NCBI GenBank assembly: GCA_964533515.1
Contig: CAZHMB010000001.1
Coordinates: 8,640-72,639, forward strand
DNA length: 64,000 nt
From: Candidatus Woesearchaeota archaeon
GTDB taxonomy: Archaea > Nanobdellota > Nanobdellia > Pacearchaeales > GW2011-AR1
Direction of reading: 5' to 3'
Positions 53,459 through 62,942 of this stretch are shown one piece after another. The position numbers were made by a program, and so were the translations under genes. Within the stretch, counting starts at the first letter, position 1. The number at the start of each line of letters is the position of its first letter. The notes beneath the pieces were generated by a model. It made no database searches and was not told where the DNA came from. It worked only from the letters and a program-made list of their open reading frames with translations.

Positions 53459-54568
53459 TTGACAATGAAGAAGATAAAAATTTATTTGCAAAAACCTTGG
53501 AGATTTTCTGAAGATTCACAATATTATGAATCTCTTTGTGGGGAACCTCCAAAAGGAATTGAATATGTTTCTCAAAATAAAACTCAGCTACTTCAAAAGG
53601 GTAGTCGGGTGGCGATATTTGATTTAGTAAAAATATTAATAAGAAAATTGGTTGATAAATTTTATCCTTCTATGCCCAATGCACATTATGACAAAGATGC
53701 AGGCAAGTACGATCTTATCCACTGCATTAGGTGTATTCCTAAGACAAAGAAACCATGGGTTTGCGATCTTGAATTTGCGGGAAGCTTGTGGATCAAGGGC
53801 TATGGAACCTTAAAAGATAAAAAAAAGGTTCTTGGATATCTAAAGAGCCCTTATTGCAAAAAAATTCTTCCGTGGACAAAATGGTGTGCGAGGGAGATAC
53901 AAAGAATTTTTCCAGAGATAAGTGATAAGGTGGAAGTTGTTTATCCGGCTATTAGAGAAAGAAAATTTAAGAAGTTGAAAACAGGAAAGACCATTCTGCT
54001 TTATGTTTCAAGAAGATTTTATTTCAAAGGAGGTTTATATGCTTTAGAGACCATGGATAAAATAACTAAAAAAAATAAAAATGTTGAGGGGTGGGTTGTT
54101 TCAGATGTGCCAAAAGAGATCTATGATAAATACCGGGCAAACCCCCAGATAAAATTTATTGGAACAAAATCACATGCAGAACTTTTCGAAGAGATTTATC
54201 CTAAAGCAGATATTTTTTTATATCCTAGTTTCACAGATACTTTTGGCTATGTAATTTTAGAGGCGATGAGTTTTGGATTACCAGTTATAAGTGCCAGCGG
54301 ACAATCGCGAAAAGAGTTAATAGAAGATAATGTCACCGGGAGGATAATTGAGTCGGGGTTGGGTCCAAATCCAGATCCCAGAGATTTGGAAAAGCTAGAT
54401 GAAAAGATAGTAAATAAATTAGTTAATGCCACGTTTAAACTCATTAAAAATAAGGGTTTAAGAGACAAAATGTCTAAGAAGTGCATAGCTGAAACGACCA
54501 TTGGTAAATTTTCTATTGAGAGAAGAAATAAAAAATTAAAAAAGATAATTTCGGAGGCGTTAAGATGA
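53459..54568 (+). CDS. GT4 glycosyltransferase
   Basis: 369 aa. C-terminal GT-B domain with ILEAMSFGLPVISASGQSRKELIEDNVTG (EX7E motif). Confidence 0.7.
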   Translation: MTMKKIKIYLQKPWRFSEDSQYYESLCGEPPKGIEYVSQNKTQLLQKGSRVAIFDLVKILIRKLVDKFYPSMPNAHYDKDAGKYDLIHCIRCIPKTKKPWVCDLEFAGSLWIKGYGTLKDKKKVLGYLKSPYCKKILPWTKWCAREIQRIFPEISDKVEVVYPAIRERKFKKLKTGKTILLYVSRRFYFKGGLYALETMDKITKKNKNVEGWVVSDVPKEIYDKYRANPQIKFIGTKSHAELFEEIYPKADIFLYPSFTDTFGYVILEAMSFGLPVISASGQSRKELIEDNVTGRIIESGLGPNPDPRDLEKLDEKIVNKLVNATFKLIKNKGLRDKMSKKCIAETTIGKFSIERRNKKLKKIISEALR

Positions 54569-55431
54569 AAGATGGAAATGAGAAATTTGACTTGCTTTTT
54601 CTTTGCCATGAAAAAGATGTTGATGCCCTAAGGAGAAACCTAGATTATGCTCGAAAGAATGTTGGGGGGTATCGAAAAATTTTTGTTCTTAGCAAGGAGA
54701 ATTTCTTTAAAGAAGACAAGGACTTGATTTTTATAGATGAGAAAATATTTCCATTCAATAAGGAAGAGATTGCTAAGTACGCCCCAGAAGGTCGGGCGGG
54801 GTGGTATTTTCAACAGTTCCTTAAACTCTATTTTATTGAGGCGATGGGCAAGAAGTGTTTAGACAATGTCTTAATCATAGATGCAGACTGCGCGTTTATA
54901 AGAAAAACAAGTTTTTTCAGGGGTAAGAAACCGCTGTATAATTTTGAAATAGGGTATCATGACCCCTACTATAAAATCTTGGAGAAAGTATTTGGATTTG
55001 GTAAACAAGATTCCAATTTGTCTGGAACAGTGCACCATCTGATGTATCAAAGAAAATACATGTCTGAAATCTTAAATTTTGTGCGTAAAAGAAGTGGAAA
55101 TGAACTTTGGAAGGAGATCATGGACAAAGCAAATAAGAACACGATTTCAGGATTCTCAGAACAGGACCTCTATTTTAACTACATTCTTAAATTTCACAAG
55201 GATAAGATAAAAATAAGAAGGATAAAATTCATTGATTTCCCCTACAATAGTAGATTTTGGGTTTGGCTATTTAAGCATCTGGGCTATAGTTATATTGCAT
55301 CCCACGATTATCTTCAAAAAAAAAGATTTTCTGCAACAAGAAGTCTTTTAATTGAATTTCTAAAAGTACTTGGAATAAAAGTTTTGATAAAAAGAATACT
55401 TATAAAGCTAAGAATCTTGAGGGTTAAATAA
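54565..55431 (+). CDS. hypothetical protein, possible nucleotide-sugar transferase
   Basis: 288 aa. GWYFQQFLKLYFIEA...LIIDADCAFI suggests a GT-A-like DxD pocket. ATGA overlap with the upstream GT4. Confidence 0.3.
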   Translation: MKDGNEKFDLLFLCHEKDVDALRRNLDYARKNVGGYRKIFVLSKENFFKEDKDLIFIDEKIFPFNKEEIAKYAPEGRAGWYFQQFLKLYFIEAMGKKCLDNVLIIDADCAFIRKTSFFRGKKPLYNFEIGYHDPYYKILEKVFGFGKQDSNLSGTVHHLMYQRKYMSEILNFVRKRSGNELWKEIMDKANKNTISGFSEQDLYFNYILKFHKDKIKIRRIKFIDFPYNSRFWVWLFKHLGYSYIASHDYLQKKRFSATRSLLIEFLKVLGIKVLIKRILIKLRILRVK

Positions 55432-55432
55432 G

Positions 55433-55981
55433 ATGAAATTGAATTTGGGTTGTGGAAGGGAAACGATAAGAGGGTATGTTAATTGCGATATCTCCAAGGA
55501 CGTAAATCCCGACAAGGTTGTTGACTTAGAAAAAAAGTTACCTTTCAAAGATAATTCTGTGGAGGAAGTAGTAATTAACCACGTACTTGAACATATAATA
55601 AACTTTATTCCATTAATGCATGAGCTTCGGAGAATATGCGGGCCCGGTGCAAGAATTTATGCAAGGGTTCCATTTTATAGCTCATGGTCCCAGTTTACCG
55701 ATCCTACCCATGTTAGATTTTTTACTCCAAGAACATTTGACTATTTTAAGAAAGGGGAGCTGGGTCATGAGGCAGGTGCAAATGAAGATTTGTTTATAGT
55801 TAAAAAGGTTAAGATTAATTTTTTCTTTGGGAAGATGGCCATACTGAATCCCATAATAAATCCCCTAATCAATCTTAGTCAAAGAGCTTACTGTAGACTT
55901 TTTGCTTGGACTTTTCCAGCATCAGAGATTTGTTACGAATTAGAGGTTGTTAAAAATAAATCCATAAAAGAAAAAGATTAA
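55433..55981 (+). CDS. class I SAM-dependent methyltransferase (paralog set A)
   Basis: 182 aa. MKLNLGCGRETIRGYVNCD...VLEHI. Clear paralog of 49377..49889 and 58367..58864. Confidence 0.6.
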   Translation: MKLNLGCGRETIRGYVNCDISKDVNPDKVVDLEKKLPFKDNSVEEVVINHVLEHIINFIPLMHELRRICGPGARIYARVPFYSSWSQFTDPTHVRFFTPRTFDYFKKGELGHEAGANEDLFIVKKVKINFFFGKMAILNPIINPLINLSQRAYCRLFAWTFPASEICYELEVVKNKSIKEKD

Positions 55982-55982
55982 G

Positions 55983-56705
55983 ATGGGATTATATCAATTG
56001 CAAATTAAGGTGAATCAGTTTTTGAACGGGGTTGGAAGAAAGAGAGTTTATCATCTTAAAAGGAAAGAAGTGGGAATTAATATTGGTAGTGACATAGAAA
56101 CTACCCCAGCATTTGTTGGAATTGATGGAAGCTTTCTAATCTCTTTTATGGGGAACAGATTTTTTCCCAGATTCTTTAAGAAGATTCTGTACAAGAGAAC
56201 ATGTTCTAGTAGAAATTATCCCTTTGAGACAGTTATGAAAAAGATTAGCAATGTTCGGATAATACATCATAATTTGGTATATGGAGTGCCATTTAAAAAA
56301 GAATCTGCGCAATTTATTTTTACATCACATTTCTTAGAACATCTTACTGATGCAAATGCCAAGAAATTGTTAAAGGATTGTTTTAGAGTTCTTAAGAAGA
56401 ATGGAATAATAAGAATAACGATACCCGATTTAGATGAGGAAGTGGGTAAGATCAAAAAAGATATATTAAATTACAAGAGTAATAGAAAAATAGAGCCTAT
56501 TCAGAAATATTTAACCCCGATATTCGCCCCTGAGGGGGAGTTTGCTACTCATAAAATAATCTATAATTTTGAAACTTTAAAAAAGGTTCTTGAATCTGTG
56601 AAGTTTAAAGGCGTAAAGAAAATGAATCGCTTTGAAGGAAATCTCCCTGGATTAAACAAGTTAGATACAAGAGAAGGTGGCCTTATTGTTGAAGCTAGAA
56701 AATGA
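55983..56705 (+). CDS. class I SAM-dependent methyltransferase
   Basis: 240 aa. FIFTSHFLEHLTDANAKKLLKDCFRVLKKNGIIRITIPD (motifs II and III). Confidence 0.55.
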   Translation: MGLYQLQIKVNQFLNGVGRKRVYHLKRKEVGINIGSDIETTPAFVGIDGSFLISFMGNRFFPRFFKKILYKRTCSSRNYPFETVMKKISNVRIIHHNLVYGVPFKKESAQFIFTSHFLEHLTDANAKKLLKDCFRVLKKNGIIRITIPDLDEEVGKIKKDILNYKSNRKIEPIQKYLTPIFAPEGEFATHKIIYNFETLKKVLESVKFKGVKKMNRFEGNLPGLNKLDTREGGLIVEARK

Positions 56706-57446
56706 CTAATTTGGCAAATTCTTTCCTGGAAGTATTGCGCAAATCAGATGATTTCCGTTGCTTCCGGGGATAAAAGACAAAAGCCATCCTAACAAATTAA
56801 AGAATTTTACTAATGAAGGAAATTTACCATTGAACCGATTGCTCATCCAGCAACTAGAAAAATTAACTTTATAATCCGATTCCAAATAATAGCTATTCAG
56901 CAACTTTACAATTTCTTTTTTTCTCCAACGGTAAACAAAGTTATCCCTAAATTTTTGATTGCCAAACTGATTTTTTTCGTATTTACTAGTTAAATTAAAA
57001 AGGTTTAAGATATTTCCGAACCAAGATTCTTGTGGCTCTATGAAAATAATTGCTTTTTTGGCAACTCTAAGCATCTCGTAGAATGCAAGAATTGGGCGGG
57101 AAACATGATGCAATGCTTCTTTCGCGAAGATCAAATCAAATGATTTGGGGGGTAGTGAAACTTTTTCCATATTCAACTTTACGTAAGAGACTCTTCGGTC
57201 TATATTCATTATCTCTTTTGTTTTTTCATCTGGAGGAGATATGCCACTTAAGACTATTTTTTTAAAGGGATATTTTATAAATCCTTCTGCTTCAACATGA
57301 TTTGCACCCAATACCAATACGGTATTGATTTTTCTTTTCATAAGATTGTCTAGCGACGTCTTAATAAAAAACTCATGAAAGTTTTTTGTATTTGTTACAG
57401 AAAGTATTTCTTTGAGTATTGGTCTAGATAAGATAACCTTATTCAT
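56706..57446 (-). CDS. class I SAM-dependent methyltransferase
   Basis: 246 aa. VLVLGANHVEAEG...DLIFAKEALHHVSRP...LRVAKKAIIFIEP. Confidence 0.55.
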   Translation of the reverse strand: MNKVILSRPILKEILSVTNTKNFHEFFIKTSLDNLMKRKINTVLVLGANHVEAEGFIKYPFKKIVLSGISPPDEKTKEIMNIDRRVSYVKLNMEKVSLPPKSFDLIFAKEALHHVSRPILAFYEMLRVAKKAIIFIEPQESWFGNILNLFNLTSKYEKNQFGNQKFRDNFVYRWRKKEIVKLLNSYYLESDYKVNFSSCWMSNRFNGKFPSLVKFFNLLGWLLSFIPGSNGNHLICAILPGKNLPN

Positions 57447-57487
57447 TCGATCATAAAAAAGGTAGAGTTTATAAATTAATCTCTGTT

Positions 57488-58375
57488 TTGTGCATTATGG
57501 CCAATCTAAAAACCCCTATTCTCTACCTAGTATTTAATAGACCCGAACTCGTTAAAAGAACGTTTGTGGAGATACAAAAAGCGAAACCCGTGCGGCTTTT
57601 TATTGCTGCAGATGGTCCAAGAGATGAAGAAGAAAAGAAGAAAACGGACGAAGTCAGACAATACATTCTAAAAAATATAAATTGGAAATGTGAAGTAAAA
57701 ACTCTTTTTAGAAAAAAGAACCTCGGGTGTAAGAATGCGGTTAGTTCGGCTATAACATGGTTTTTCGAGAATGTGGAAGGTGGTATCATACTTGAGGACG
57801 ATTGCCTTCCTGACCGTAGTTTTTTTAGATATTGCCAGGAGTTATTAATAAAATATAAAAATAATAAAAATATTATGCATATTGGTGGGAGTAATTTTTG
57901 TGGATGTGGGTGGAATAATAATTCTTATTACTTCTCTAAATATCCTCATATTTGGGGGTGGGCTACATGGAGGGGGGCATGGGAAGGATACGATAAGAAT
58001 GTTTCTACTCTGACTAATGATAAAATTAAAAGACAATATCCTTCTTTGATAGAACAAAAATTTATGCTAAAGAGATTTGAGAGAATTAAGCTTGGGATTT
58101 CTGACACTTGGGATTACCAATGGATGTGGAATATAAAAATAAATAATGGAATATGTATAACTCCTACTCAAAATATGGTAGGAAACATTGGGTTTTCTGA
58201 TGAGGCATCTTCTCACACCTCAAAAAACTTTTGGGACAACTTTTTTGTTGTTAAAAAAGTTAGGGCTACATCTTTTCCATTAAAACATCCAAAAAAAATA
58301 AAACTATCTTCTTATCAGGATAAAAAAGAACTCTGCGCAGATGCAATAAGGGTAATCCTTAAGAAATTATTTTAA
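57488..58375 (+). CDS. putative glycosyltransferase (GT-A-like, EDD motif) / hypothetical
   Basis: 295 aa. ILYLVFNRPELVKRT...LFIAADGP...IILEDDCLPD. Confidence 0.35.
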   Translation: MCIMANLKTPILYLVFNRPELVKRTFVEIQKAKPVRLFIAADGPRDEEEKKKTDEVRQYILKNINWKCEVKTLFRKKNLGCKNAVSSAITWFFENVEGGIILEDDCLPDRSFFRYCQELLIKYKNNKNIMHIGGSNFCGCGWNNNSYYFSKYPHIWGWATWRGAWEGYDKNVSTLTNDKIKRQYPSLIEQKFMLKRFERIKLGISDTWDYQWMWNIKINNGICITPTQNMVGNIGFSDEASSHTSKNFWDNFFVVKKVRATSFPLKHPKKIKLSSYQDKKELCADAIRVILKKLF

Positions 58376-58864
58376 AACTTTAACTTCTGTATCTAATATA
58401 ACTACCACATTTCCAAATAATTTTTTTAAAACATTCAAAATAGATTTTGGTAAAATTTTTAAATATCTCTGTGGAACTGCTTTCATTTTTAATATCTCAA
58501 ATTGTTCTTTTTGTTTTTTATGGAGGTATCCTGACTGCCCTAATGCTTGCTGGAGAGACCACTCATTAAAAAAATTCACGTGAGTGTGATCTCCGTAGGC
58601 TATGTAACTGTTATAATACGGGACTATAATCCTTATAATTGCGCCCTTTTTACTAATTCTCCAAAGTTCCTTCATTACTTCTTGGGGATTGGAGATATGT
58701 TCCAAGACATTATCCAATAGAATCTCTTCAAAAGTGTTATCTTTGAAAGGATAAGGATATTTTGTAAAATTGAAAGATTTATCGATGCCCCTTCCTTTCT
58801 GAAGATCCACATTTGTCCATCCTTTTTTTATTACTTTTCCACAACCCAAGTTTAATTTTTTCAT
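58367..58864 (-). CDS. class I SAM-dependent methyltransferase (paralog set A)
   Basis: 165 aa. MKKLNLGCGKVIKKGWTNVD...VLEHIS...GAIIRIIVPYY. Confidence 0.6.
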   Translation of the reverse strand: MKKLNLGCGKVIKKGWTNVDLQKGRGIDKSFNFTKYPYPFKDNTFEEILLDNVLEHISNPQEVMKELWRISKKGAIIRIIVPYYNSYIAYGDHTHVNFFNEWSLQQALGQSGYLHKKQKEQFEILKMKAVPQRYLKILPKSILNVLKKLFGNVVVILDTEVKVLK

Positions 58865-59161
58865 AATAATAGTTGTGTGTCAGCTTTTTTAAAAGTTAGG
58901 GTTTGTTCAATCCTTTAGTTATATCTTCTACGCATTTCTTCCAATTATATTTTATTATAGTTTTGGTTAAATTTAGGGTTTATAGCATTCTGTATGGAAT
59001 ATATCTAAAACCTTTAAACAAGTTTTGTATTCTTTTATGATTGGTAAAAAATGTCTTAACCAAAGGAAATCCTCCCATGGTGGAAAGGTTACTTATCTTA
59101 TCCATGCATTCTAGGTATTCTTTATCTTAATAATGTCTTCGTATTGTAGCTTGGGATTGAA

Positions 59162-59959
59162 TTAGTTTCTAATTATAAAAGTTTTAATTTTTCCTTCTTC
59201 TTTTGAAATGTTTGTAACCAATATCTCTTTTATGTTTTTTACATCAAATGGAGACTTATCTAGGTAAACTGCAGAATTTTCTGCTAAACGTATATCTTGC
59301 CCGTGAGACTTATCTTTATTAGGCCATGAGTTTTCTTCGCTGAATGGGTAATGTTCTACAATGAAGATATATTTGTATTTTGATAATTTTTTGAGAATTT
59401 TTTGAATTTGATTATTTGATAGGTGCTGAAAAACTTGCCGTATTATACATATATCCCCATCTGGAAGTTTGTTTTCTATTATATCTAAACACTCAAACTT
59501 TATATTTTTTGCGGAGAATTCAAAACGGTTTTTTTGTATTAACTCTGGTACAACATCTATCCCTACGTAATCTATATTTTCAGAGATTAAGTTTCTGCTT
59601 ACTCTAAAATCCCCACAGCCTAAATCTATAATTTTTAATTTTAATTTCTTTAATTTTAATTTCTTGATATAATCTTTGACGACCTCTATATATTCCTTAC
59701 TTGCTGCCTCATCTGATCCTGATCCTGAATAGAATTCTCCAGCTTTCCCCCCCCATTTATTTTTAGAGTATGTTTCTTGAAATACCTGCTTAACGGATTT
59801 CCGAGAATTTTGTTTTCTAACCCTTTTAATGTTTAAATCTCTACAAATCTCTACAAATCTTTTTGGGATTAGTTTTTTTATTTTTGCTTTACTCATAAAT
59901 TTTATTATTGATTTGTGTATATAAAGTTTATTATCTCTTTTTGTTTTGCGCAGGGTCAC
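59162..59959 (-). CDS. class I SAM-dependent methyltransferase
   Basis: 265 aa. IIDLGCGDFRVSRNL...IDYVGIDVVPELI (motifs I and II). Confidence 0.55.
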   Translation of the reverse strand: MTLRKTKRDNKLYIHKSIIKFMSKAKIKKLIPKRFVEICRDLNIKRVRKQNSRKSVKQVFQETYSKNKWGGKAGEFYSGSGSDEAASKEYIEVVKDYIKKLKLKKLKLKIIDLGCGDFRVSRNLISENIDYVGIDVVPELIQKNRFEFSAKNIKFECLDIIENKLPDGDICIIRQVFQHLSNNQIQKILKKLSKYKYIFIVEHYPFSEENSWPNKDKSHGQDIRLAENSAVYLDKSPFDVKNIKEILVTNISKEEGKIKTFIIRN

Positions 59960-60087
59960 GATAGGGAAGATATATCCAAAACCCTTTAAATGAATTTTGA
60001 ATTTTGTTTTCAGGGTTGGTAAAAAAATGTCTTGATTTTATAAATACTTTAACCTATTATATTCTCTATATTCCCTTTTTCAGAAAG

Positions 60088-61182
60088 TTAGAATTTCACA
60101 ATTTCTTTAGTTATATCCTCCACGCATTTTTTCCAATTATATTTTTTTAATAACATACTTCTCGATGCTTGAATATCTTTCTTTTTCAAATCTAAAACTT
60201 CATTTATTGCATTAAATACGCTCTGATCATCTTCTACATTACACTTTCCTGGTAAAGATTTTCCCAATTCTGCTAAAGAAGTTGCATTATTAAAGACTAC
60301 TGGGGTTTCATAAAAATATGATTCTATTAAGGGTAATCCAAAACCTTCTATTGATGAGAGAAACATTGTGAATTTTGCATTTTTGTAATAGCCTGCAAGC
60401 TCTTCTTCCGACAAACTTCCATCAGGATAATATGGCTCGTAATTTGTTCCGTATTTTTTATTATATTTCTTTATTAAATCTAACGTCCTCCCCATATTCT
60501 TATGGGGAGCCCCGCTCCCAGCTATAAAAATATATTCATTCTTTTTAGGTTTAATTTTTCCTACGGGGACTTGATTACACCCTTCGGGAACAACCAATAT
60601 CTTATTTTTTGTGAATTTTTTAACTACCTTCTTGGTATAGTTTGAATTTACTAAAACTATATCTGAAAACTTTAGAGAAAATAAAAGGAGTGCTGTTGTT
60701 ATGGCTAAATCCAAGCGCCCTTTTTTTAAATAATATAACGGGATAAGGTCGTGCACGAAGGAAACATATTTTGTTTTTTTAACTTTAACTAATGACATAT
60801 GTCCTTTAGGGAAAAATAAAAAATCCAGTTTTTCTTTTTTTGCTATTTTATTTGCCGCTCCTGGATAGAAAAATATCTTTCTTAAAAGGTATGGGGCATT
60901 TGATTTAACTACTACTTTCTTAGACTTAAACTCTTTGAAATATTTTTTATTTTTTTTTGTTAAGATAATTACCACTTCAAACTTATCTTGTTTCTCTAAC
61001 TCTCTAAGGATTTCTAAGGTTGTCTTATAAATTCCTATAGATCCTGTTTTCTGAGGGTTTACATCCGCACAATAATAACCAAGTTTAACTTTCTTCATTA
61101 TAAATTTAAATAAAATCCCGTATAAAAAACTATTTGTTGTGGTTATCTTTTCCCCCAAAAACCAACAATCCCAAATAGGCAA
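60088..61182 (-). CDS. GT4 glycosyltransferase
   Basis: 364 aa. EGFGLPLIESYFYETPVVFNNATSLAELG (EX7E region). Confidence 0.65.
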   Translation of the reverse strand: MPIWDCWFLGEKITTTNSFLYGILFKFIMKKVKLGYYCADVNPQKTGSIGIYKTTLEILRELEKQDKFEVVIILTKKNKKYFKEFKSKKVVVKSNAPYLLRKIFFYPGAANKIAKKEKLDFLFFPKGHMSLVKVKKTKYVSFVHDLIPLYYLKKGRLDLAITTALLLFSLKFSDIVLVNSNYTKKVVKKFTKNKILVVPEGCNQVPVGKIKPKKNEYIFIAGSGAPHKNMGRTLDLIKKYNKKYGTNYEPYYPDGSLSEEELAGYYKNAKFTMFLSSIEGFGLPLIESYFYETPVVFNNATSLAELGKSLPGKCNVEDDQSVFNAINEVLDLKKKDIQASRSMLLKKYNWKKCVEDITKEIVKF

Positions 61183-62476
61183 ATCTTGAAATTATAGTGG
61201 CTATTCCTGCCCCTATAACTGCAGGGTACATCTCCCCCGTTATTGCCAAGGCCCAGGTAATTAATAAATAATTTAAAAGTATATTTAGGGCAGTTGAAAT
61301 AACTACTGCAAATGCTATCTTTTTTGTTTTTCCTTGGGCTCCCCAGTAACCGCTGAAAATTCCTAAAAGAGGGTCTGTAAAAAGTACCAATGAAAGAATT
61401 CTTAATAAAAATACCGAATTTGAATAATCCCTTCCTGTGACAAAATTTACAAAATTAAAAATATACGGGGCAAGCACCCAGATACCTATAATCGCTAATA
61501 TTGAAAGAGGGATGGTTGCGATTAAGGATTTTTTTAATCCTAACTTTAGTCTTGATTTTTTTAATTTAGCAAAGATAGGAAATAAAACTGCTGAAAAAGA
61601 AATAAGCCCCAGGACTGCGACAACTAAGTAAAATGCTGCCTGGTAATGGGCAATAAATTCTGGAGCTACAAACCTTCCCAGCATTATAGTATCAATCTGG
61701 CCGAAGAAAACTCCTGCAAAGGCGGTAACTGAAAGTGGAAAAATGAAACTTCTTATCCCCATTTTCTTCGAAGAAGATATTTTCTTTCCGACATATTTCG
61801 GAATTTTGAACAATAAAAAAGTTGAGATAATAAGATAAGAAAAACCTAAACAAAGGAATAGGGTAAATAAAATTATCCTGCTTGAAGAAGATGCCGTCAA
61901 AAAAAGTGCCAGCCCGATCAAGACTATCCTTGAGATTTGGAAGAGTATCTCTTTATGGAAGGGTGTTTTAAAGTCATTTTTTGATTGGAATAATGAAGAT
62001 AAAAAAGCAGATAAATTAAGAAAAATTATATAGAAAATTCCAGCTAATAAAGCAAGGAAAAGAGGTTTTTGATAATAATAATTAGCTATAAAATATGCTG
62101 AAAAAAATAAAACCAAAGAGACTGTGATAGTTAATAAAAACTTTAACTTTGCTAAATACTCTACATATCCTTTCGAATTTTTTTGATATTTGGAGGCATA
62201 TCTAATCAGAGCGGTTCCAATCCCCAGATCACAGAAACCTGCAAAAACTAAAATCGTGGAAAGTGCTAAAGAGTAAAGCCCAAAAAGTTCTTCAGACAAA
62301 ACCCTCATTAATATCAAGTAGATAAATATTAAACTTCCAAATTTTGCCACCAGATTAGTTGAAAATTGATAAATTGAATTTTTCACAGCCATTCCAGCAT
62401 TCCCGGAAAAGTCTCTTTTTAAGAGTCTTCTTGTTATTCCGAAAGCCTCTTTTTCAAAAATTTTTAGTTTTCCCAT
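61130..62476 (-). CDS. Wzx-type oligosaccharide flippase (MOP/polysaccharide biosynthesis protein family)
   Basis: 448 aa with about 14 TM helices. Length and hydropathy fit PST-family flippases. Overlaps the GT4 by 53 nt. Confidence 0.55.
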   Translation of the reverse strand: MGKLKIFEKEAFGITRRLLKRDFSGNAGMAVKNSIYQFSTNLVAKFGSLIFIYLILMRVLSEELFGLYSLALSTILVFAGFCDLGIGTALIRYASKYQKNSKGYVEYLAKLKFLLTITVSLVLFFSAYFIANYYYQKPLFLALLAGIFYIIFLNLSAFLSSLFQSKNDFKTPFHKEILFQISRIVLIGLALFLTASSSSRIILFTLFLCLGFSYLIISTFLLFKIPKYVGKKISSSKKMGIRSFIFPLSVTAFAGVFFGQIDTIMLGRFVAPEFIAHYQAAFYLVVAVLGLISFSAVLFPIFAKLKKSRLKLGLKKSLIATIPLSILAIIGIWVLAPYIFNFVNFVTGRDYSNSVFLLRILSLVLFTDPLLGIFSGYWGAQGKTKKIAFAVVISTALNILLNYLLITWALAITGEMYPAVIGAGIATIISRFAYLGLLVFGGKDNHNK

Positions 62477-62482
62477 CCCTTT

Positions 62483-62941
62483 TTATCCCTCAATAAACAT
62501 TAACTTCCTCAACTTTAAAAAATCATGTATTATAGAAATTTTATGTATTCTTGCTTTTAATTTTATTGTTGCAATAAAATCTAAGATTAAATGAATGCTA
62601 AACCCCAGAAGAATGTAGAAAAAATATTTTGAAAAGAAAGCGAGAAATCCCAGAACAATCAAAACCTCAATTCCGTGAAGAAAGTAAAACCCCTTGTAAA
62701 ACTTTTTTCTATTTTCCCTTGAGTAACCCATAGCCAACCTCTGATTGGCAAAGCACCTCTTTGTTACCTTGATTGGATTGGTCTCTCCCCTCTTGAAAAC
62801 ATAATAAATATAATGGTCTACATCAATCAAGAAACTTGAAAGGAAAACTATCGTCGCTCCTATTAATCCAATCTGTGGAAAAAATAGAAAAAGAAGGGCA
62901 GAAAAAATTGCTCCCAGAATAAGGTGTGTTTTTGGAAGCAT
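62483..62941 (-). CDS. membrane-bound metal-dependent hydrolase-like protein (DUF457/YdjM-like)
   Basis: 152 aa. 4 TM with conserved His/Asp (IDVDHYIYY, HGIE). Confidence 0.35.
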   Translation of the reverse strand: MLPKTHLILGAIFSALLFLFFPQIGLIGATIVFLSSFLIDVDHYIYYVFKRGETNPIKVTKRCFANQRLAMGYSRENRKKFYKGFYFLHGIEVLIVLGFLAFFSKYFFYILLGFSIHLILDFIATIKLKARIHKISIIHDFLKLRKLMFIEG

Positions 62942-62942
62942 C

